Source: Polyangiaceae bacterium (GTDB lineage: Bacteria > Myxococcota_A > Polyangia > Polyangiales > Polyangiaceae). From it: a stretch of DNA of 55,676 nt. Position 1 is the stretch's first letter. Every line of letters begins with the position of its first letter. The position numbers and the translations under genes were made by a program. The notes under the pieces were generated by a model. That model saw only the letters and a program-made list of their open reading frames with translations. It had not been told where the DNA came from and ran no database searches. This document shows, piece after piece, positions 17,957 to 27,296 of the stretch. The stretch is taken from assembly GCA_050287085.1 (NCBI GenBank), contig JBNKBE010000019.1, positions 59,039-114,714 on the forward strand. The letters run 5' to 3'.

Positions 17957-20041
17957 ATGTCGTATTCTGGACGCATCTTGTTTTCCGCCGCCACGCTCGG
18001 AGCCTGCCTGGGCGCGGGCTGCACGCCAGACGCGCCTGACTTTGGACCCCAGGTCGACTCCTCGGCGCCACGCGATGATTCGACCGCAGCGGATGGCGCG
18101 AAGCTTCAGCCCACCACCCAAGAGGATTCTCTGCGAGGTGCAAACGACAACCTCGCAAGCGACGGCGGGAGTTCCGGGTCAGAGCTCCCCGTCGGACAAG
18201 GCGGTGCGCTCGAAAGCGGCGACCTCGATCCTGAGAAGCAGCCCCCAGGTACGCAGGAATGTGGACCCGGCCAGCATGCTTGCCTCGGGCTCGGATGTGT
18301 CGCCAACGACGACCCACAGGCCTGCGGTACGTCGTGTGTGCCTTGTGTCGCACCCGACGGGGGTCAGGTCGACTGCGACGGCACACGATGCGTGTCTTCT
18401 TGCGCCGAAGGCATGCAGCTATGCGCCGGCACTTGTATCGACGCGGCAGCCCCCTGTGACGGGACCTGTGAAGGCAACCAGAACCTCTGCGGCGGCACTT
18501 GCGCCGATGATAGCGATCCCAACAACTGCGGGGCTGAGTGCGCCGCATGTCCCCTCCCTAATGGGGCGGCAAGCACCGCCTGCGTGAGTGGCGTCTGCGA
18601 CTTCACGTGTCCAAGCGGCGCCCATCGCTGCGATGGGGCATGCGCGTCCGATAGCGACCCCGAAGCCTGCGGTGCGGATTGTGTGCAGTGCCCGGAGGAT
18701 CCACATGGCAGTGCCGTGTGCTTGACAGGCAGCTGCGTCATGGAGTGTGATCCTGGCTTCCACACGTGCAACGGAATGTGTGTTGCCGACGATAGCACCA
18801 CGGCCTGCGGCGAAAGCTGTGAGCCGTGCCAGTCGCCCAGTGGTGGTAGCGTCGCGTGCAACGAAGGCATTTGCGTACCCTCGTGTCCTAGCGACATGCA
18901 GCTATGCGCAGGGACCTGCATTGGCAATGACGCCGCATGCGACGGGCAGTGCGAGACGGGAAAACACGACTGTGGCGGCAACTGTGTGCCCAACGACAGC
19001 GCGGCAACCTGTGGGGATCGCTGCACGCCGTGTCCAAGTCCCGCCCAGGGAGGTCGAGCCGTATGCTCTAGCGGCAGCTGCCAGGTCCAGTGTGACGCTG
19101 GCTTTCACCTCTGCAGTGGCGAATGTGTGAGCAATGGCGCAACGGCCTCCTGTGGGGGTTCCTGCTCTCCCTGCGCAGCCCCTAAAGGCGGCACTGTCAG
19201 TTGTGACGGCAACAGCTGTCAGCCCAGTTGCCCGGTAAATGCCCGGCTGTGCGATCAGGAGTGTCTCGACAACACCTACGCCTGTGGCACCGCCTGCCCC
19301 GCCGACAGCCATGAATGTAGCGGGCGCTGCTTCTCCGACAATCTCGGCTTAACGTGTGACGTGCTCAGGATCAGTGGCGCAAGTGACCTCGGTACCACCA
19401 GCGGCACAAGTACCACACTGACGATCTTCAACGCGGCGCCCTATGCCGTCAACGGGCTCAGTGTAGCTCTAGGCTCAACCGCAGCCAACGGCTGCAGCAC
19501 CTCGCCAGCCAATATGTGGACCGTCAGCGACTCCACCTGCTCGACGTACCTTGGGGCGGGAAGCGCCTGCACAGTGACGGTCCGTTTCGATCCAAGCGTC
19601 GGCGCTAGCAATGTATCCTGCTACTCCGCCAACCTGGCCGCATCAGGCGACGGCAATACCGCGATCAAGGTCCTTTCCGCCAAGCCCGAGGCCGGAAGCA
19701 CCGGATATACGTGGCAGATCAAACTCAACAGCAACAGCTTCACCTACGACAACACGGCCCCCGTAGTCGGGAGCTCCTGCTCCACGCCCGGTGAAGTCCG
19801 CGACGCGCGATCGACCGAGATCAGCTACACGCGTCGTTTCACCTACAACTTCAAGACCAACCCGCCATCCCAGGGCACGTGTCAGGCAGACAAGGTGGCT
19901 GTTGCGTCCTGTGAGTACTATCAGGGCCCCTCTTGTGACGCCCTGGAATTGAAAGCCGGCAGCTGCGCCATCACGTGCACAACCGACACCGTTGCCGACA
20001 CGGGCTGCCAGTACATCTATCGCCAGATCATCTGCCAATGA
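17957..20041 (+). CDS. Cys-rich repeat lipoprotein with an Ig-like (choice-of-anchor D/ASH-like) domain and a unique C-terminal domain
   Basis: Lipobox LGAGC; repeated C.G.CV..D....CG..C..C..P.GG...C..G.C units; TLTIFN...TCSTYLGAGSACTVTVRFDP. Confidence 0.8.
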   Translation: MSYSGRILFSAATLGACLGAGCTPDAPDFGPQVDSSAPRDDSTAADGAKLQPTTQEDSLRGANDNLASDGGSSGSELPVGQGGALESGDLDPEKQPPGTQECGPGQHACLGLGCVANDDPQACGTSCVPCVAPDGGQVDCDGTRCVSSCAEGMQLCAGTCIDAAAPCDGTCEGNQNLCGGTCADDSDPNNCGAECAACPLPNGAASTACVSGVCDFTCPSGAHRCDGACASDSDPEACGADCVQCPEDPHGSAVCLTGSCVMECDPGFHTCNGMCVADDSTTACGESCEPCQSPSGGSVACNEGICVPSCPSDMQLCAGTCIGNDAACDGQCETGKHDCGGNCVPNDSAATCGDRCTPCPSPAQGGRAVCSSGSCQVQCDAGFHLCSGECVSNGATASCGGSCSPCAAPKGGTVSCDGNSCQPSCPVNARLCDQECLDNTYACGTACPADSHECSGRCFSDNLGLTCDVLRISGASDLGTTSGTSTTLTIFNAAPYAVNGLSVALGSTAANGCSTSPANMWTVSDSTCSTYLGAGSACTVTVRFDPSVGASNVSCYSANLAASGDGNTAIKVLSAKPEAGSTGYTWQIKLNSNSFTYDNTAPVVGSSCSTPGEVRDARSTEISYTRRFTYNFKTNPPSQGTCQADKVAVASCEYYQGPSCDALELKAGSCAITCTTDTVADTGCQYIYRQIICQ

Positions 20042-20097
20042 GCGGTCGAGGCTCCGGGAGCGTCAGCGAGACACTCCCCTAGGATGGCCTTGGGTCC

Positions 20098-20157
20098 GCG
20101 AACGGGAAAGTCATACCAGGCGATCTCGACCGGCTCGCGACCGACTTTCCCGTTCGC
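20098..20157. terminator. 15-bp perfect inverted repeat between convergent genes
   Basis: GCGAACGGGAAAGTC (20098-20112) and GACTTTCCCGTTCGC (20143-20157), 30-nt loop, no poly-U tail. Confidence 0.55.
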
Positions 20158-20163
20158 TGGCCC

Positions 20164-21183
20164 TTAGAAAGTCGCGTCGAGCGTGACAGAACCTGATACC
20201 GCCACCTGGTATGCGGACGGCCGACGCTCAAAGAAGTTCGTCAACTCCTGCACATCCTGCAGCTCGAGAAAGTCGAAGGGGTTGCTTGCCCCAAAGATGG
20301 GGGCGATGCCCAGCGTCCGCAGTCGGGCGTCCGCCACATACTCCAAGTACTGACGCATTGCCTCCACGCCTAGACCGGAGACGCCTTCACTCAGGACGTC
20401 GCGCGCAAACTGCGTCTCGCAATCAACCGCCTCACGAAGCATCTGCACCACTTGTTGCTCCAGCGTCGCATCAAATAGGTCGGGCTCTTGCTTGCGAACG
20501 ACGTCAATAACCTCGAACGCGAAGCCCATATGCATGCTTTCGTCGCGGAACACCCAGGCGGTCCCCGAAGCAAGCCCGTTGAGCAGACCGCGCGCTCGCA
20601 AGAAGTACACGTAGGCGAAAGCACCGAAGAAGAATAGCCCCTCGATACAAGCAGCAAAGCAGATGAGGTTCAGCAAGAACTGGCGCCGTTCCTCTCTTGA
20701 CTCCAGCTGCTGGATAGAATGGATACTATCCATCCAGCGAAAGCAGAATTCCGCCTTCTTGCGGATCGAAGGGATGTTCTCCACCGCCGCGAACGCTGCC
20801 TGCCGCTCCTTTGGGTCGGGCAAGTAGGTATCCAATAAGGTGAGATAGAACTGTACGTGGAGCGCTTCCTCGTAGAGCTGCCGAGCAAGGTACATCCGCG
20901 CTTCGGGAGCATTAATATGCCGATAGAGGTTTAGAACGAGATTGTTGGCGACAATGCTGTCGCCCGTTGCAAAGAACGCGACCAAACGCTGAATCAGATG
21001 TCGCTCTCCGGGTGTTACGCGTTGCGACAGATCATTGACGTCCGTAGAAAAGTCGACTTCCTCCACCGTCCACGTGTTGCGTATCGCATCGCGATACATG
21101 TCGTAGAAGTGCGGGAAACGCATCGGGCGCAGAGTCAGACTAAAGCCCGGTTCGAGCAGGGCGGCTGACAATTGAGCCTTCAT
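20164..21183 (-). CDS. nrdB: Ribonucleotide reductase class Ia beta subunit
   Basis: WTVEEVDFS.D, FFATGDSIV, EEALHVQFY (metal ligands and radical Tyr), IEGLFFF, RDESMH, NFFERR..Y. Its ATG overlaps the nrdA stop (ATGA). Confidence 0.95.
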   Translation of the reverse strand: MKAQLSAALLEPGFSLTLRPMRFPHFYDMYRDAIRNTWTVEEVDFSTDVNDLSQRVTPGERHLIQRLVAFFATGDSIVANNLVLNLYRHINAPEARMYLARQLYEEALHVQFYLTLLDTYLPDPKERQAAFAAVENIPSIRKKAEFCFRWMDSIHSIQQLESREERRQFLLNLICFAACIEGLFFFGAFAYVYFLRARGLLNGLASGTAWVFRDESMHMGFAFEVIDVVRKQEPDLFDATLEQQVVQMLREAVDCETQFARDVLSEGVSGLGVEAMRQYLEYVADARLRTLGIAPIFGASNPFDFLELQDVQELTNFFERRPSAYQVAVSGSVTLDATF

Positions 21184-23705
21184 TGGCAGGCCTCGCAGGT
21201 TTCGGGGTTCTCGAGTGAACAAGCGACCGCAGCCGCGTCGTCCGAAACTTCGGCGTGGTTCGAGACGGTGGTTTGCGCAATGGAGGTGGCGGGACGGGAT
21301 CGCAGGTAATACGTCGTCTTCAGCCCCCGCTGCCAAGCGTAATAGTACATCGACGACAGCTTGCCGATCTCGGGCTTTTCTACGAAGAGATTGAGCGACT
21401 GACTCTGGTCGATGAATGCACCGCGCTCAGCCGCCATATCGATGAGCGAACGCATGGGCAGCTCCCACGCTGTACGAAACACTTCGCGCAAGGCAGGCGG
21501 TACAGCTTCGATGGCTTGTACGGAACCGCCCTGTCGCTTGAGCTCAGCGCGCATCTCTTCAGTCCACAATCCGCGCTCCTGAAGGGCCCGCACCAGGTAA
21601 CGATTGACCTGCAAGAAGTCGCCCGACAACGTCTCTCGCTTGAATAGGTTTGAGACCTGAGGCTCTATGCATTCATAACAGCCAGCGATAGATGCAATCG
21701 TCGCCGTCGGTGCAACCGCGATGAGCAAGGAATTGCGGAGCCCGACCTCCGCGATCCTTTGCCTGAGGACCCGCCATCGATCGGGCTCCTTGGGCGTATT
21801 GCCCCAAAGGTCGAATTGGAGCTCGCCACGAGCGGCACGGGTTTCGCTAAATGCCGCATGACGACCTTTGAGCGCCGCCAGCTCTGCCGACGCACCCAAT
21901 GCCGCAAAGTACAGCTCCTCAAAGACCTGTCGATTGAAGGAGCGCGCCGGCTCCGAATCAAACGGAAGACCTAGCTCGAAGAATGCATCCTGCAGGCCCA
22001 TGACACCGAGACCGATCGGGCGCCAGCGTGCGTTGGAAGCACGAGCCGGGTCTGTCGGATAGTAGTTCAGGTCGATCACGCGATCGAGCGAGCGCACCAC
22101 ACTACGCACCGCGGTATGAAGAGCTGGCACGTCGAGCGCGCCGTCCCTGAGGAAGCGCACCAGATTGATCGAGGCAAGGTTGCATACGGCCGTTTCCCGA
22201 CTCGAGGTCACTTCGACAATCTCCGTGCAGAGATTGGAGAGGTGAACCCCTTCTCGCTCGCTCACCACCTGATTGCAGGTCTGGTTGCAGCGGTCCTTGA
22301 AGGTCATCCAGCCGTTGCCGGTTTCCGCGAGCGTACGCATCATACGACCGTATAGGTCGCGGGCACGCACCTGCCGAGTGAAGCGACCTTCGGACTCCGC
22401 CAGGGCGTAGGCCTGTTCAAATGCCTCGCCATGCAGATCACACAGCTCGGGCACGCATTTCGGATCGAAGAGCGACCAGTTCTCGTCGTGCTCAACACGG
22501 CGCATGAAAAGATCAGGAACCCAGTTGGCTAGGTTGAGATTGTGCGTTCGTCGGGCCTCGTCACCCGTGTTGTCCCTGAGTTCGAGAAACTCCTCGATAT
22601 CGGCGTGCCATGTCTCGAGATAGACCGCGCATGCGCCCTTGCGCTTTCCTCCCTGATTGACGGCGGCCACCGAGGCGTCGAGGGTACGCAGCCACGGCAC
22701 GATGCCGCTGCTGTGCCCGTTTGTCGAATCGATGAGGGAGCCGCGACTGCGCACGCGATGGAATGCCAGCCCGATACCGCCGCTGAACTTGGACAGGCGT
22801 GCGATCGACTTGTAAGTATCGTAGATCGCGTCGAGATTGTCCGCCGGTGAGTCCATCAGGAAACACGAGGACATCTGCTCGCGCCGCGTCCCAGCATTGA
22901 AGAGGGTGGGCGAACTCGGCAAGTATCGAAATGTGGACATCAAGTCATACAACTCGATAGCCTCAGACGCCGTTTCCGAAAGGGCCACGGCAACACGCAT
23001 GAAGAACTGCTGCGGCGTCTCCAACACCAGACGCGACACGGGATGACGCAGCAGGTAGCGGTCGTATACCGTCTTTAGCCCCAAGTACTCAAACGTGCCA
23101 TCCCGCTCAGCGTCAAGCGCCGTTTCGAGCGTTTCAGCATGCTCTGTTATGAAAGCTAGGGCACGCTCACCCAATAAGCCGAGTTCCGCGGCGCACCGCG
23201 CCGATTGAAGCAGACTCCTGACGCCGCCTTGCGCCGTTTCTTCGTGAATATACGCCGCGAGCAAACGCGCGGCGAGACGAGAATACTGCGGCTCTTCACC
23301 CGCTAGTGTCGCCGCCGTCTGAATCGACAGTTCATCTAGCTCCCGCGTCGTAGCACCATCGCGCAAGGCACCAATCGTCTTGATCGCAACGCGCATTGCA
23401 TCGACGCGTTCGAGACCATGCGTCTGGCGCGATACCGCGCTTGTAATACGCAACACGTCCACTTCTTGCCGCGATCCATCACGCTTGCGCACAGCCATGC
23501 GCGGCGCGGCGCAATCCTGGCTTCTTGGGGTCTCGCGCGCCGAGGCGCTTGCGGAGCGTGGCGTAAGTTCCGCCTCGGAAACGGCTGGGGCCTCTGGGCC
23601 CGCGGAGGTTCCTGGGGCTCCTGGGGCCAAGGCTTGCACCAGCGTGGTCCTCGACTCGCGACTCGGTGCACTTTCGAACTCTCGGGTTCGAACGGATGAT
23701 GACAT
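21180..23705 (-). CDS. nrdA: Ribonucleotide reductase class Ia alpha subunit with ATP-cone
   Basis: ATP-cone VRKRDG; SPTLFNAG, SSCFL, NQGGKRKG, SNLCTEI, AVCNLASI, APTAT, GLKTTYYLR, C-terminal CEACQ. Confidence 0.96.
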   Translation of the reverse strand: MSSSVRTREFESAPSRESRTTLVQALAPGAPGTSAGPEAPAVSEAELTPRSASASARETPRSQDCAAPRMAVRKRDGSRQEVDVLRITSAVSRQTHGLERVDAMRVAIKTIGALRDGATTRELDELSIQTAATLAGEEPQYSRLAARLLAAYIHEETAQGGVRSLLQSARCAAELGLLGERALAFITEHAETLETALDAERDGTFEYLGLKTVYDRYLLRHPVSRLVLETPQQFFMRVAVALSETASEAIELYDLMSTFRYLPSSPTLFNAGTRREQMSSCFLMDSPADNLDAIYDTYKSIARLSKFSGGIGLAFHRVRSRGSLIDSTNGHSSGIVPWLRTLDASVAAVNQGGKRKGACAVYLETWHADIEEFLELRDNTGDEARRTHNLNLANWVPDLFMRRVEHDENWSLFDPKCVPELCDLHGEAFEQAYALAESEGRFTRQVRARDLYGRMMRTLAETGNGWMTFKDRCNQTCNQVVSEREGVHLSNLCTEIVEVTSSRETAVCNLASINLVRFLRDGALDVPALHTAVRSVVRSLDRVIDLNYYPTDPARASNARWRPIGLGVMGLQDAFFELGLPFDSEPARSFNRQVFEELYFAALGASAELAALKGRHAAFSETRAARGELQFDLWGNTPKEPDRWRVLRQRIAEVGLRNSLLIAVAPTATIASIAGCYECIEPQVSNLFKRETLSGDFLQVNRYLVRALQERGLWTEEMRAELKRQGGSVQAIEAVPPALREVFRTAWELPMRSLIDMAAERGAFIDQSQSLNLFVEKPEIGKLSSMYYYAWQRGLKTTYYLRSRPATSIAQTTVSNHAEVSDDAAAVACSLENPETCEACQ

Positions 23706-23844
23706 GGGTAGACTCTCTTTCTTCCGTCCCCGCGGACGGTTGAAGAGGAGGCGCCGGCATCCATGGACACAGGTCTGCGCCCATCGAGCCGTCCCCCCTC
23801 GGAACGTGGACTCGCCACCGACCGCGCCACTTCGCCGTCGGTCA

Positions 23845-24030
23845 CCGTTGGCAGGTCTTCGGACTCGTCGGCATGCGCGTGCTTCCACCCGCTCCTACTC
23901 GCCGCCGCTTCCCACCCTCAAAAGAAGGCAGTGCTTGTTGACAGCTTTCGTTCCGACTCACCGCTGCGGGGCAGTTCCGGACTTTCACCGGATTCCCTTT
24001 TGCTCCGTTTGCCAGACGGCCCAGCACGCT
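23845..24030 (-). ncRNA. Cobalamin (B12) riboswitch in the nrdAB leader
   Basis: Minus strand carries AAAAGGGAATCCGGTGAAAGTCCGGAACTGCCCCGCAGCGGTGA, then GCACTG...GGGAAG, and the B12-box GAGTCCGAAGACCTGCC. Confidence 0.95.
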
Positions 24031-24125
24031 CCGCAGCCAAAGAAAAGCCGTGCCCCGGCCGGGCACAACTTGGCTTGAAAATGCGGAGCGCAAGAGGCCG
24101 TCGGAACAAACGAACCAACAGCACT

Positions 24126-24172
24126 GGGGAACATATTGGGCTGAACAGATGACGTCAACCAATATATTGGGC
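24126..24172. promoter_or_regulatory. Tandem NrdR boxes
   Basis: aacCAATATATTGggc (24157-24172) matches the NrdR core CwAtATaTwG at 10/10. gggGAACATATTGggc (24126-24141) matches 8/10. They are 31 bp apart (three helical turns) and upstream of nrdAB. Confidence 0.8.
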
Positions 24173-24237
24173 ACCACGCTGGGATAGCACCCCGCCGCCC
24201 ATCGCCGAAGTGGGGGCCGCAGAGCGGGCACACGCCC

Positions 24238-24762
24238 CTAGCGTATGGGGAGGCCAGCGAAGGATGGCAGCGCGAAGTCGGGCAATTCCAAGGGCACCTT
24301 CGCCCCCACCACGATGCCTAGATCCGGTCCAGGCAATTGGGCGGCGTCCCCCTCCACCGGTACCGTCAGGCGCAGTGCCACGGACACATAGCCAACCGAT
24401 AGATAGGCAGCCAAGTGAGGGCCGCTGGTGCGCGCTTCACCGTCGCCCTGAGTCAGCAGCGCCCATCCGAGCTCTCCACCGAGACCTGACTGCCCCGTCT
24501 GGAGGCCCAGCGCGTAGCGGCTTCGCCCACCCGAAACCCACTGCGCCTGAAGGAGCCCGCCAATACTCCAATCACCACCCACCACGCAGTCACCGGGACA
24601 GCGCATGAGCGAGAGCTCTGTGCCTAGGCCCGTGCCCTGGCCACTCAGAGAGTGCGAAAAGAGAACACCTGGATTGAACCATAGTTCCTCAGCTTGCGCC
24701 CTAGGTGAGAAGGCGAGCAGCGCCGCCGCTGGCACCACAAGAATAGATTGCCGTATGAACAT
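24238..24762 (-). CDS. Hypothetical secreted protein, possibly a small outer-membrane beta-barrel
   Basis: Signal peptide ending RAQA; Gly-rich alternating beta-strand-like segments. Confidence 0.6.
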   Translation of the reverse strand: MFIRQSILVVPAAALLAFSPRAQAEELWFNPGVLFSHSLSGQGTGLGTELSLMRCPGDCVVGGDWSIGGLLQAQWVSGGRSRYALGLQTGQSGLGGELGWALLTQGDGEARTSGPHLAAYLSVGYVSVALRLTVPVEGDAAQLPGPDLGIVVGAKVPLELPDFALPSFAGLPIR

Positions 24763-24945
24763 GACGAGTGGCGCGCTCTGCCGAGGATATCCAGGCGCGT
24801 TCAGTACCACAAGCCTTGGCCCCCGCCCGCAAGCTTTGATCGGAGGTGCGGGGTTCGGCCCGTGCCGGTGGGAGGGAGTTCGGTTTTGGGGGGCCCGTCG
24901 CGGCACCACCTTGCTCACGAGGTTGCCCCGCCCGCGGTCTACCGA

Positions 24946-26046
24946 TCAACGCTGCCCCGCGGGAGCGGCAGCGCGCCCCCCCAGGGGGCCAGCGATCTCA
25001 ACGGACCTGGAAATGCCTTGCCGCTCACGATACGCCGAAGGCGTTAAGCCAGCGTATCGTTGAAACATTGAACGAAACGCAACCAGGTCTTCATAGCCCA
25101 CTGCATGAGCCACATCACTCACCGTGGCGCCGGCACCGCGCAACAGGCGCTTCGCTCGTTCGATACGCAGTTGTTGCTGATAGACTATTGGCGTCAGACC
25201 TGTAGCCAGTTTGAAGCGCCGGATGAAGGTGCGCCGGCTCATTCGGGCGGCCTTGGCCCACGCCTCGATCGACAGCGCACCCCCAGCGCGCTCCAGGGCT
25301 TCCTGGGCCCGCAGGATAGCTTCGTCGCCGTGACGCTTATGGCCCGAGAAGACGGCATACATGCCCTGCGGCGCCTTCTGCTCATCAATGAGGAATAGAC
25401 TCGCGGCGCTGCGCGCCAGTTCCTCACCCCCTTCGCGGTCCGCCAGAAAAAGCACAAGATTGAGAAACGAGGTCGCGCCGCCCGTGGAAACGACTCGGCC
25501 TTGGTCGGCCACAATCGCATGAGAAAGCAGCTGCACGTCTGGATAGCGCTGCCGGAAGAGTGCGTGAAATGCCCAGTGGGTGGCCGCTTGTTTCCCTTTG
25601 AACAAGCCGGCTTCGGCCAGCAGAAAAGCACCGGTACAGACACTGGCCACGTCCGCTCCGGCACGATAGCGCCGCCTCAAGAAGGCAATCAATCCCCGGT
25701 TCTGTGAGTGCGCATCAAGCACCTCGGCGTCCAACGGGCAAACCACCACTAGCTCCGCGCTAGGCGCGGTGGACAATGTGTAGTCACAGTTGATCCGGAA
25801 CCCTCCTGCCGCTTCAATGCAGCGCTCTTCAGACGCCGCCAGCAGCGAGACATCAAAAAGCGGGGCAGCGCCCAGAGCGTTCACCTTTCGCAGTAGATCC
25901 AATAGACCCACCGGAACGATCGGCGTTGCCCCCGGAAACGCGAGCAGCTGTACCCGCAAGGGTCCCTTGGCGGACACACGCTTGCGCTTGGCGGTGACTC
26001 TCCCGGTGTCGCAATCTTCAACCGAATGCCTCTCGCGCTGAGTCAT
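24946..26046 (-). CDS. GlxA-family AraC regulator (DJ-1/PfpI plus AraC HTH)
   Basis: ASVCTGAFLLAEAGL..GK.A.THW, STGGATS; HTH MSRRTFIRRFK.ATG.TP..Y...LRIE.AK.LL, VGYED..AFR..F....GLTP..YR. Confidence 0.92.
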   Translation of the reverse strand: MTQRERHSVEDCDTGRVTAKRKRVSAKGPLRVQLLAFPGATPIVPVGLLDLLRKVNALGAAPLFDVSLLAASEERCIEAAGGFRINCDYTLSTAPSAELVVVCPLDAEVLDAHSQNRGLIAFLRRRYRAGADVASVCTGAFLLAEAGLFKGKQAATHWAFHALFRQRYPDVQLLSHAIVADQGRVVSTGGATSFLNLVLFLADREGGEELARSAASLFLIDEQKAPQGMYAVFSGHKRHGDEAILRAQEALERAGGALSIEAWAKAARMSRRTFIRRFKLATGLTPIVYQQQLRIERAKRLLRGAGATVSDVAHAVGYEDLVAFRSMFQRYAGLTPSAYRERQGISRSVEIAGPLGGRAAAPAGQR

Positions 26047-26081
26047 GGCGCAAATCTACATGGACAATGGCGTGCTTGCCA
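26046..26081. promoter_or_regulatory. Candidate operator for the GlxA-family regulator
   Basis: TGGCG at 26046 and 26068 (22 bp apart); the second is part of TGGC-N6-GCCA. Lies between the regulator and its divergent VOC gene. Confidence 0.5.
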
Positions 26082-26137
26082 CTGGTGTTCTGGCGAGCAA
26101 TAGTCGACATTGCAAACCAATCATCCCGAAAGGACAT

Positions 26138-26515
26138 ATGGCTCACGCAATTACCTGGTTCGAAATCCCCGCAGCAGACCTGAAGCGCGCACGAACGTTC
26201 TACGAGAACATTCTCGGCGTGCAGATGCAACCCATGCCTTCGCCCGAGCGCAACATGGTGGCTTTCCCCGCCGATTGGGAGCAGGGCGATCTTGCCGGGT
26301 GCATCACTCAGGCACCCGACATGAAGCCCAGCGAATCAGGTACGCTTCTATTCCTCAACTGCGCTCCCGACCTCTCCGTTGCTCTGGGGCGTGTGGAAGC
26401 GGCCGGCGGAAGAGTGCTGCTGCCCAAGACTCAAATACCCATGGACAACGCCGGCTTCATGGCCTTAATCCTGGACACAGAGGGCAATCGCATCGGCCTT
26501 CACTCCCCGAGCTGA
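26138..26515 (+). CDS. VOC/glyoxalase superfamily protein
   Basis: AITWFEIPA.DL.RA..FYE, RVEAAGG.VL.PKT, DTEGNRIGLHS; RBS AAAGGA. Confidence 0.92.
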   Translation: MAHAITWFEIPAADLKRARTFYENILGVQMQPMPSPERNMVAFPADWEQGDLAGCITQAPDMKPSESGTLLFLNCAPDLSVALGRVEAAGGRVLLPKTQIPMDNAGFMALILDTEGNRIGLHSPS

Positions 26516-26538
26516 CGGTCGATTTTGGGGGGCGTGGG

Positions 26539-27165
26539 TTATGCCAGAGCCCCAATTGATCGCGCGAAAGCCGCGGCGAGTCCGGAACTGCCTGAGACGC
26601 GGAGCCCCCCGGCCGTGAGCAACTCTCGAAGTCGGGCCTTGCGGGTAAAGAGCGGAAACCAGCCCGCAAAGCCGCCCTGCAATTGCACATCCCAGCGCTC
26701 CGGAGCGCCGTGGAAAACGTCGAGTGAAGGGCCGCCGATCCGCGCTGTGAACCACTGCTCATCAAACCCCATGGCGACCACCCCCGCGCGCTTTGACCCC
26801 TTGTATCGGCGCTTGAGCGATACCACCGCCCAACGCGGATCGAGGGCTTCGTCAGGCGTTGGCTCCTGCATGAATTGAGCGCCGTACGCCCCCAGCGCCA
26901 GCACGACACCTTCCGCCGCGCGCCCCTGCGGCGTCAAGATGTACGCCTGCCCACCCGCGACCTCCTCCTGATGCACGAGCCCTTGCTGAACCAGGTGCTC
27001 CAGCCGCTTGGAAAGCATCGCCGGAGCGATCCCCGGCAGACCGTGCTGCAAGTCACTGAAACGGCGGGGCCCTAGCAACAAATCTCGAACGACGAGCAGC
27101 GTCCACCGTTCACCCAATAGGTCGAGCGCCTTGGCCACACCACAAAACTGACGATAGCTCTTCAC
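26539..27165 (-). CDS. HxlR-family winged-helix regulator with a C-terminal SCP2-like extension
   Basis: SY.QFCGVAKALDLLGERWTLLVVRDLLLGPRRFSDLQHGLPGI...MLS.RL..L, Y.LT..G. Confidence 0.9.
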   Translation of the reverse strand: MKSYRQFCGVAKALDLLGERWTLLVVRDLLLGPRRFSDLQHGLPGIAPAMLSKRLEHLVQQGLVHQEEVAGGQAYILTPQGRAAEGVVLALGAYGAQFMQEPTPDEALDPRWAVVSLKRRYKGSKRAGVVAMGFDEQWFTARIGGPSLDVFHGAPERWDVQLQGGFAGWFPLFTRKARLRELLTAGGLRVSGSSGLAAAFARSIGALA

Positions 27166-27242
27166 CCAGAAACCCTTCGCTTGTGGGCCCCCAGGACCGG
27201 AGCCGTAGCCCAAGTGTAGCAACCGGCTCGTTCGATGGGCTG

Positions 27243-27262
27243 GCTACTTCAAAAAATGTAGC
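27243..27262. promoter_or_regulatory. Candidate HxlR operator
   Basis: GCTAC-TTCAAAAAAT-GTAGC, an AT-rich inverted repeat between the HxlR gene and its divergent membrane-protein gene. Confidence 0.45.
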
Positions 27263-27296
27263 AGTCTGAGCCGCCCGGCGGAGGTATGCTGCGCCC

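Noticed and set aside
21184..21336. N-terminal extension of nrdB
   Set aside because: Overlaps the nrdA 3' end; the ATGA-coupled start at 21183 fits better.
20164..23705. Intein, intron or non-canonical RNR subclass
   Set aside because: No insertion between conserved motifs; the beta subunit keeps the Asp ligand and radical Tyr typical of class Ia.
23706..24231. ORFs across the nrdA leader, including the extended nrdA start at 23888
   Set aside because: They overlap the riboswitch and NrdR boxes, so a non-coding explanation is stronger.
26068..26081. sigma54-like TGGC...TTGC
   Set aside because: GG-to-GC spacing is 7, not 10; treated as an AraC-type site instead.
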